From assembly GCA_965223905.1 (NCBI GenBank), contig CBDCXV010000010.1, positions 224,001-288,000 of the forward strand: a stretch of DNA of 64,000 bases. Reading direction: 5' to 3'. Both the position numbers and the translations under genes were made by a program. The DNA comes from Candidatus Latescibacterota bacterium. GTDB taxonomy: Bacteria > Latescibacterota > UBA2968 > UBA8231. Shown here piece by piece: positions 10,481 to 18,102 of this stretch. The stretch's first letter is position 1. The number at the start of each line of letters is the position of its first letter. The notes beneath the pieces are model-generated. The model was not told the DNA's origin, made no database searches, and worked only from the letters and a program-made list of their open reading frames with translations.

Positions 10481-11387
10481 CGTCGCCCTTAGACCTTGGT
10501 GCTCTAGAGCCAATTACCTTCGACAGTGTGTCGTTGAACAGCTTGTCGGAAAATCCGGCGCCAAACCCAAAAACCACAAAAAACCCAAGCCGGGCAGGGG
10601 CATCATCTGGCAGTTTTATTGGGAAAAAACCCGAGAGCAGCATGGACACGACGAATAGAGCGGCGCATGCCCCAAGACAAGCTCTAGCACCCATGTCTGA
10701 CCTAAAGAGCTGGGAGAACTCATAGCGCACTCGTTCGCTTCGGACACTCTTGAGCCGGGAGAAAACAGCACCCATACCGCCTGACAGGACACCTGATCCC
10801 AGGGACATGAGCGTCGATGCCCAACTCGGGATCTCAAATGTCGAAATCATGAAGCAAACCACAAGCAATACAAGAAGGATGGAAATAATCCAAATGGCCA
10901 GTCTGTTGACATCACGGGTTACAGTTGCACGTTCTTCGTTCAGCCGGTTATATCGTGACGCCGATTCCTGCAACTCCAAGGTAAGTTGCCGTAGGCGCTG
11001 GCGGACGGTCTCCTCTTGAACTATCTGGCCATTGATCGAGATGAGACTTGAGATGTCCTCCTTCCATGCGTCACGTCGGCCCTCGTCAAAGCGGTACAGG
11101 GTTTCCCTGAGTCGCACCCATGTCGGATAAAGCAAGACCTCCGGCTTGAGCAGGCATAGTTCTGCTTCGACCTCGTGGATCGCAAGGACACGTTGGCCAT
11201 GGTCCTCCAGCGTTGAGACCTCCTCCAGCCTGAGCTGAATCTCCTGTAAACGCTCATCAAGACGTTCCCCTTGGGCGGTCAACTGCATTGCTTGCGCTAA
11301 CTCACTTCGCAAACGCGACAAACGCGCATCTAGCTCTGCATCGACTGGCTTTAGTTCGCCCGATCCTGTAGATCTTCGACGCTTCAT
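10473..11387 (-). CDS. Coiled-coil + ~4 transmembrane-helix protein (putative membrane effector)
   Basis: Charged helical N-terminal half, then four hydrophobic segments with GGMGAVFS and FGAGFSD motifs. ATGA overlap with the RT stop. Confidence 0.8.
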   Translation of the reverse strand: MKRRRSTGSGELKPVDAELDARLSRLRSELAQAMQLTAQGERLDERLQEIQLRLEEVSTLEDHGQRVLAIHEVEAELCLLKPEVLLYPTWVRLRETLYRFDEGRRDAWKEDISSLISINGQIVQEETVRQRLRQLTLELQESASRYNRLNEERATVTRDVNRLAIWIISILLVLLVVCFMISTFEIPSWASTLMSLGSGVLSGGMGAVFSRLKSVRSERVRYEFSQLFRSDMGARACLGACAALFVVSMLLSGFFPIKLPDDAPARLGFFVVFGFGAGFSDKLFNDTLSKVIGSRAPRSKGDDA

Positions 11388-12973
11388 TCCGCTACTCGCA
11401 GCAAGGCCTCCCTGAGCTCGAACCCCATCGGGCCCGAGAATGGAACGGTTGGTTCGCTATGGTTGTCTGCCGGCGGGTAAGCGTGTTGTGACTTACCGTC
11501 CGCCATTGCAGGCAAGGCTGCCAATCCACGCACGGTATGGCTGGTGTCTTTGGCAGTGAGTTCAACCAAGAGTCGCCGATGTTCCGGGATGAGCCACATA
11601 AACTCGATTGCAATTCTTCGCGCCATCGGGGACCGTGAATCCGTCAACAGTGGGAAGATTTGTTTCGCGATTGCCGAGCGTTCATGTTTTGGTTGCTGGG
11701 CCATTAAACAGGCATGCAAGAGCACTAAGGCATATGGATGAAGGTTTCCGCAGGCGGAATAAGACATGTCCTTCAGCGCGTTACGAGTGGACACATCGGG
11801 GGGCTGGTCTGCACTGAGAAGCGCATGCAAAAGGCAAATGGATTCGCTGTCCGTCACTGCCCGCGCGATTTGCTTGACTGCTTGGATCCCCGTACCACTT
11901 GGCCAGTTAAGGATGCGAAGGTAGGACGATATTTCCTTTTCAGCGGTTGGGAAACGCGTTAGGTCATCGATGGCTTGTGTGGCTAGTACCGAAGAATGTA
12001 AGTGTGAAGCCAAGGTGTAGATCCTCTTCCACAGTCGGGCGTGTTCCATCGACTGCCCCCGATCCGTCTCGACAAGCTTCTTAAACGCATCACCCTGCGA
12101 TCTTGACAGGGGTCCGCGCGAACTCGCCATCATTAGGCTGGTGACCATTCGGTGTTCGTACGTGAGTACTTGACGTTCGAAAGCCACTAGCGAGCTCATT
12201 ACCCGTGTCTTGCCCTCATTTATCCGAAGTCCTATTGGTTCCAGTGCGGTGGACAGTGCCATCAACGCGCCCTCGACCGCGCCCGAGTCTACGGCGATGA
12301 AAAAGTCGTCAACCCACCTGAGGTGTCCAGCGATTGCCGGCTCGCGAACGAGCTGTTCGTCGACCGGTCCTAGGACAAGGTCCGCTATGATCCAAAACAG
12401 GCTGTCTTGCGTAACGGGGAGTCCCGAACGAGTCTTACCGAGGTGGTCCGGGATGGAATTGATATCTCCGATCGTGTGGAGAGCCCTTTCGATTATCTCT
12501 TCTTCGAGCTGGGCATCCCGTAAGGCGAATTCAATTCTGCAAATCGGGATGGACGCAAAATAGTCTTGGACATCAGCGACAACTACAGTCTTGCCTCCTA
12601 CCAGCATGTGGCGGATCCACATCGGGACGGTATCCGACCAGAGTTCGTAAAGCTGTCCTTCCATACATTTCAGCCACAATTGCGAAGCAGAAACGGAGTG
12701 TGGCAGCGCGAGATCCCGCTCATCCATTTGCTCCGCGATCACTTGGAGAGCTACGGAGGTTACGAAGTCGGGGACCACTTCTAAACGTGTTCCGCCGCCT
12801 TGTTTTGGGAGAGTAATCGACTCCAACTCCACAGGGCTTGACGTGGCGAAGTTGCGTGCCCCGGATTCCCCGTCAAACTCAGCGTAGCCCAGTGGGTCCG
12901 CAAGCAGGCTTTTTGCCCACCTCTGTCGGCAGACCTCAATTGCAGCCAACACATCAGCTATCCTGTTGTTCAT
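11384..12973 (-). CDS. Reverse transcriptase, UG/Abi (DRT-like) type, with alpha-helical C-terminal extension
   Basis: LPKQGGGTR, ADVQDYFASI, GLPVT, RWVDD and GLRINEGKT occur in canonical RT order. Start is at 12973 or 13048. Confidence 0.9.
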   Translation of the reverse strand: MNNRIADVLAAIEVCRQRWAKSLLADPLGYAEFDGESGARNFATSSPVELESITLPKQGGGTRLEVVPDFVTSVALQVIAEQMDERDLALPHSVSASQLWLKCMEGQLYELWSDTVPMWIRHMLVGGKTVVVADVQDYFASIPICRIEFALRDAQLEEEIIERALHTIGDINSIPDHLGKTRSGLPVTQDSLFWIIADLVLGPVDEQLVREPAIAGHLRWVDDFFIAVDSGAVEGALMALSTALEPIGLRINEGKTRVMSSLVAFERQVLTYEHRMVTSLMMASSRGPLSRSQGDAFKKLVETDRGQSMEHARLWKRIYTLASHLHSSVLATQAIDDLTRFPTAEKEISSYLRILNWPSGTGIQAVKQIARAVTDSESICLLHALLSADQPPDVSTRNALKDMSYSACGNLHPYALVLLHACLMAQQPKHERSAIAKQIFPLLTDSRSPMARRIAIEFMWLIPEHRRLLVELTAKDTSHTVRGLAALPAMADGKSQHAYPPADNHSEPTVPFSGPMGFELREALLRVAE

Positions 12974-13400
12974 GAACCTGTCGTAACGTTTCTGGGCTAT
13001 AGCCTGGTTATAGCCGATCGTGAAGGCAAGCGTAAGCACGAGCGGCATCTAGTGCTGCCGGCACATCGCTTGGTCGGGTGCCTTCCTCATCGAGCAGGGT
13101 AGCTGTCGGCGTTTGGCGACGTCGATTCCGAGGGTGTACATGGGACGCTCCCTGCCAAAAAGGGGCTGAAGTTGCCCAAGATCGGGTGACGCTAGCGGGC
13201 ACGTCTTCGTAGCCAGATCAGGGAACTGGGTCCTTGTCGCAGGGGAACCTGCTCGAGGAAAAAATCAGTCAAACCCCAGCAGACTCGCTGGAGACAGGAT
13301 CGCTTCAAGTCCAGAACCAAGCAAGCGCACCTTACGTGCTCAGGTATCCTCGTACGAGGAACGCCCATGGCTGGTTCACTCGTCTCGAAACTTCCGTAGA
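12974..13400 (-). ncRNA. Candidate structured ncRNA upstream of the RT
   Basis: No convincing ORF. Long-range stem 13083-13098/13248-13260, hairpin 12995-13015 and other short stems. The position matches that of DRT-associated ncRNAs. Ends are unknown. Confidence 0.35.
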
Positions 13401-13539
13401 TATCTGTAGGGAAAATAAGCCACTTTTTTGCCCCTCAATCAAAAGCGCTAAACGCACGCACGGGGTCAACTTCGGGGCGGGGTCGACAGCCCTATCCCGG
13501 CTGACAGCGGCGGATCGAGGGCGGATCGGTCAGAGAGGC

Positions 13540-13588
13540 CAGGGCCCTGTTCCACGACACCGCGGCGCGCGCCTACAACCTCGATTGA
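13540..13588 (+). repeat. 49-bp direct repeat, right copy (attR-like)
   Basis: Identical to 8563-8611. Confidence 0.95.
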
Positions 13589-13607
13589 CCTGACCGCCGC
13601 CCCGCGG

Positions 13608-14780
13608 TCACAGGCCCTGCAGCTCGATCTCCTGCTTGCGGTGGCAGGCGGCGACGTGCGGAAACCCGCCCTCGCTGCCGGTCTCCTCGAGCGCCGGCTC
13701 CCGGCTCCGGCAGAGGTCGACGCCGTGCCGGCATCGGGGCGCGAAGGCGCAACCCCCCTCCACCGCATCGGAAGCCCCCGGTTCCCCCGCGGCATCGGCG
13801 TCCTCCTCCCCGGCGACCCTCCAGGGAGCGTGCGGGTCGGGCGGCGGGGGCCGCGTGCAGCAGGGTGGCGGTGTCAGGTTGAGGATCTGCGCCTGCACGC
13901 TGACGTCGAGAGCGGAGACCGGCTCGTCGGCGACGATCAGCGAGGGGCTAACCGCCAGGGCGCGGGCGATGCCGATGCGCTGCCGCTGGCCGCCGCTGAA
14001 GGCGTGGGGGTAGCGGCGGATGTAGCGCGGGTCGAGCCCAACCCGCTCCATCAGCTCGGCGACGCGGCGCTCGCAGCGGCCGCGGTCCCAGCCCCGGGCC
14101 CTGAGCGGCTCGGAGATCAGGTCCATCACCGGCATGCGGGGGTTCAGGGAGGAGTACGGGTCCTGGAAGATCATCTGGATGTCGCGGCGCGCCTCCACGA
14201 TCTCGCCGCCCTCGAGCCGAGCCAGGTCGACCACCTGTCCGTCGCCGCGCCGGAACAGGATGCGGCCCGCGGTCGGGTCGAGAGCGCGCAGTATCAGGCG
14301 CCCGGTGGTGGTCTTGCCGCAGCCGCTCTCCCCGACCAGCCCCAGGGTGTGGCCCGCGTCGAGGCGGAAGCTGACGCCGTCGACCCCCCGGACCGTTCCC
14401 GCGACCCGGCGCAGCAGCCCCCGCCGCACCGGGAAGTGCTTGCTATGGCCCGGCCGCACCGCGGCGCGCCCCGGCATCTCCCGTTCGCAGACCTCCCCCA
14501 CCTTCTCCCGGCAGCGGGGGTGGAATGGGCATCCGGACGGCAGCGCATGGGCGCTGGGAACGCTCCCCTCGATCGGCTCGAGCTTTTCCGCCCTGGCCGC
14601 GAGGTTGGGTATCGAGCGCAGCAGGGCCGCGGTGTACGGGTGCGCCGGGGCATCGAAGATCCTCTCGACCGGGCCCTCCTCGACGACGCGGCCGAGGTAC
14701 ATCACGTAGACGTAGCTCACCGTGTGCGCGACCACCCCGAGGTCGTGGGTGATCAGCATCAGCGCCAGGTCGAGCTCCGC
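13608..14780 (-). pseudogene. Decayed oligopeptide/dipeptide ABC ATPase pair (OppD C-terminus joined to an internally deleted OppF)
   Basis: ITHDLGVV...HPYT...GCPFHPRC is followed by [16 protein letters not shown] and DEPVSALD. The D subunit lacks its N-half and the F subunit lacks its H-loop region. Confidence 0.8.
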
Positions 14781-14998
14781 CGCGGATGGCGCGCATCTCC
14801 CTGCCGCCGGGGTCGAGCCGGGCGAGGTCGACCGCGGATCCGCCGTTCCCGGGCCGGAACAGCATCTCGCCAGCCCCCCCGTCAGGGCCGCCGGAGACAC
14901 GGAGAGGAAACCGGTGAGCCTCGTCCGCTTCCGACGTCCTGTCCTGCCCTGCGGCCCCTCTCGCGGGGCGTGATGCCTGGATCAGTCAATGGCTCCTG

Positions 14999-17677
14999 TC
15001 ACCGCAGCAGGGTCATCTTGCGTACGATGGCTTTGTCTCCTGCGGTGAGCCGGTAGAGGTAGACGCCGGCGGCCACGGGGCGGCCCTGCTCGTCGCGGCC
15101 CTCCCAGAAGACCTCGTGTATCCCGGCCTTCAGGGTGCGTCCGGGCAGCAGGGTCTTCACCACCTGCCCGGCGAGGCTGTAGATGACCAGGGAGGCCTCC
15201 CCGGTTTCGGTCAGCTGGAAATAGAGGGTCGTACTGGAGTTGAAGGGGTTGGGGGCGGCCAGGGCGGCCAGTCCTTTCATCCCGGTCATTGCCAGCTGCC
15301 CGGCCAGGGCCTTGGCCGCGGCCGAGTGGGTGCGGCCGGTGGCCCGCGCCGACCAGCCGCTGGTGCCTTCGGCGTTGCGGGCCCGCACCCGCACCGTGTA
15401 TCCGGTGTGGGAGGACAGTCCGGTCAGCAGGGTGCCGGTGGCCGAGCCGCCGGCCGTCAGCGAGGACCAGATGCCGTAGCTGTCGCAAAAGAAGACCTCG
15501 TTGGTCTTGCAGTAGTGCACGTCGTTGCCGCTGAGCGCCGGCCGGCCGCGGTTGTCCGGGGCCGTCCAGCTCACCTCCAGGCGCTCATGGCCCATGTTGT
15601 CCGGCGCGCTCACCCTCACCCCGGAGGGCGGGTCCGGCGGCTCGGACACGTCGGTTACCGTCACCCTCACCGTTCGCTCCGCCTGCAGCGACCCGTCGCT
15701 GACCTCGAGGGTCACCTGGTGGGACCTCCCGGCCTCGTAGTCGGGCGCCGTGTCGAAGGTGAGGGTGCGCGTCGTGCCGGTCCCCTCCAGCTGGAAAGCG
15801 CTCGCCTCCGTACCCGTCCTCGACCAGGTGATGGCGTCGCCGTCCGGGTCCCTGGCCGTGTACCGGCCCACCGGGCCGCTGCCGTTCTCGGCGAAGGAGA
15901 CGCTGGTGGGGCCACTGGTGAAATACGGGCCCCGGTTGGGCTGGACCGGGGTCGCCGAGGCGCGGGCCGCCGCACCCGCCCCGGCCGCGTTGCGCGCCCG
16001 CACCTCGAAGCGGTAGCGAGTGCCGTTGCTCAGCCCGGTCACCGTCCGGGTCGTATTCGTGCCCACCCCGGTCCAGCCCGACCAGGAGCCGCTGCCGGCC
16101 CGGCGCCGGTACTCGTAGCCCGTCAGGGACAGGCCGCCGTCGGAGACCGGCGCCCGCCACGACAGCGCCACCTGCCTGTTGCCGGCTTCTGCGGTGAAAT
16201 CCCTCGGCACCGACGGCACGGTGACCACCGGGGCGGTCTCGCCGCTGGCCGCCGCCTTGTCCGGCCCGTGCCCGTCGTCGTAGTCCACCCGCGCCCGCAG
16301 CTGCTTCCCCACATCCGCCGTCACCGGCGTGTAGCGGGACGTGGCCGCAATGGGGTAGCGCGCCGACCGCTCGATAGGCACCCACCCCGAACCCGCGTCC
16401 GCCCGCCGCTGCCACTGCCAGGCCACCGCCTCCAAGTGGCCGTCGACGTCCGTCAGGGTGGCCGTCATCCGCTGATCCACCTCCGGCGACGCCGTCGACA
16501 GTCGCACCGTGCCGGGGGTGTCGGCCGGCCTCACCGACGACGTCGCCGCGCTCTGCGCGCTCTTGTTCGGACCGTGCCCGTCGGTGTAGCCGACCGTGGC
16601 CCGCAGCTGCTTGCCCCGGTCGGCGGCCACCGGCGTGTAGTGGGACAGGTCCACAATGGGGTAGCGCGGCGACCGCTCGATAGGCACCCACGCCGAACCC
16701 GCGTCGGCCCGCCGCTGCCACTGCCAAGCCACCGCCTCCAGGCCGCCGTCGAAGTCCGTCAGGGTGGCCGTCACCCGCTGATCCACCTCCGGCGACGCCG
16801 TCGACAGTCTCACCGTGCCGGGGTGGTCCGTGTCGTCGACCAGGGTTACCGTCGCGCTCGCCGGCGTGCCCGCCTCGACCCTCTCCGGCAGAGCCCCGAA
16901 TCCCACAAGCACCGTCTCGTCATCCTCGTCGTCGTCCTCGGTCGCCGTGATCGTAAACGACTGCGAGGTCGTGCGGCCCGAAAACGACAGCGTGTCTTCC
17001 ACCCCCGGCCACGTCACCGTGTAGTCCCCCGACGCAGGGTCTCTCGTGATCGGGACCTTCACCAACTGTTCCGCCTCTGCCGACAGCCGCACCGTCAGCG
17101 TCGCCGCGGCGCCCCCTTCACTCGCCGAATACGTCGAATCGCCGTAGGTGACCGTCAGCGGCGGCCACGTCACCGCGTCGGTGGCCGCGCTCTGGGCGCT
17201 GTCCGGGCCGTGGGCGTCCGTGTAGCTCACCGTCGCCCGCAGCTGCTTGCCGACATCGGCGGCCACCGGCGTGTAGCGGGACAGGTCCGCAATGAGGTCG
17301 GGGTTGCGCGCCGACCGCTCGATAGGCACCCACCCCGAACCCGCGTCGGCCCGCCGCTGCCACTGCCAAGCCACCGCCTCCAAGTGGCCGTCGAAGTGCG
17401 TCAGGGTGGCCGTCACCCGCTGACCCACCTGCGGCGTCGTCGTCGACAAGCTCACCACGGGCGTGCCCACGTCGTTGTCGACCAGGGTCACCGTGGCGCT
17501 CGCCGGCGTGCCCGCGCTCACCTCCTCCGGCAGATCCCCGAACCCCAGAAGCACCGTCTCGTCGACCGTGTCGTCATCCTCGGTCGCCGTGACCGTAAAC
17601 GTTTGCCGCTCCGCGCCCGAAGAAAACGACAGCCCTCCGTCCGTCAGCCCGGCCACCGTGAAGTCCCCCGACGCGAA
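14999..17677 (-). pseudogene. 5'-truncated large repetitive secreted/surface protein (Calx-beta-like, Ig-like repeats, Fn3, cadherin-like, FlgD-like C-terminal sorting domain)
   Basis: Repeats TATEDDD...ATVTLVD (x2) and WQWQRRADAGS (x3), Fn3 motifs YRFEVRARN and YTVRVRARN, cadherin APDYE, and C-terminal PNPFNS...GVYLYRL. The coding signal stops abruptly near 17677 and there is no signal peptide. Confidence 0.8.
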
Positions 17678-18053
17678 TTGAAAAATCATGGGGGCGATGA
17701 TTTGCTCGATCGCGGGCTGAAAATCGAGGAACTGGACAGTGAGGGGGTCCTTCACGCCCTTGGCTTCCGGCGAAAGCAGCCGTCTCTTTCGCTTCCGCGA
17801 CAGCTTTGCCCTTGCCTTGCGGCAAGGAACGGTTGGACCCTGCTCACCGGCGACCGTACGCTTCGTGAATTGGCCAGCGAGGAGAATGTCGATTGCCACG
17901 GGGTTCTTATGGCTTCTCGACCGCATGTTCGAGGCTGCAGCTCCCAGCGCCAGCAAGCTGTACGCAGGCCTGGAAGCGATCAGTTCGCACCCTCGGTGCA
18001 GGCTACCCAGGTCGGAAACCCGCAAGCGTCTCGTGCGCTATTCAACCACTTGA
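17675..18053 (+). pseudogene. 5'-truncated, frameshifted PIN-domain protein
   Basis: Joining frames gives ...[30 protein letters not shown]...CHGVLWLLDRM...RCRLP, the LLTGD-type PIN C-terminal half. Confidence 0.6.
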
Positions 18054-18102
18054 TCAATCGGCGTTAGCACCCGCACCGATTGACCTGAGAAGAGAGAAAG
18101 AC

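Larger units (their letters stand above)
8612..13539. mobile_element. Lower-GC genomic islet carrying an RT operon, with no integrase of its own
   Basis: Bounded by the 49-bp perfect direct repeats. Visibly lower GC and different codon usage than the flanks. Confidence 0.8.

Noticed and set aside
11384-13400. Classical retron
   Set aside because: The upstream inverted repeat is a1/a2-like, but the RT lacks the VTG and NAxxH signatures and I see no long msd hairpin. Kept as UG/Abi-like.
13234-13593. 119-aa plus-strand ORF in the RT leader
   Set aside because: TTG start, no RBS or motif, antisense to the operon, and it runs through the att-like repeat.
11384-17677. Group II intron, or a DGR acting on the adhesin repeats
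   Set aside because: No maturase domain or domain V-like hairpin, no DGR SQ motif or avd gene, and the repeat differences are not adenine-specific TR/VR changes.
15116-18067. 983-aa plus-strand ORF and other long antisense or Arg/Gly/Pro-rich ORFs (e.g. 418-1611, 50685-52715, 56899-58878, 60125-61777)
   Set aside because: Shadow frames of real genes in high-GC DNA. Only the last part of 15116-18067 reflects the PIN remnant.
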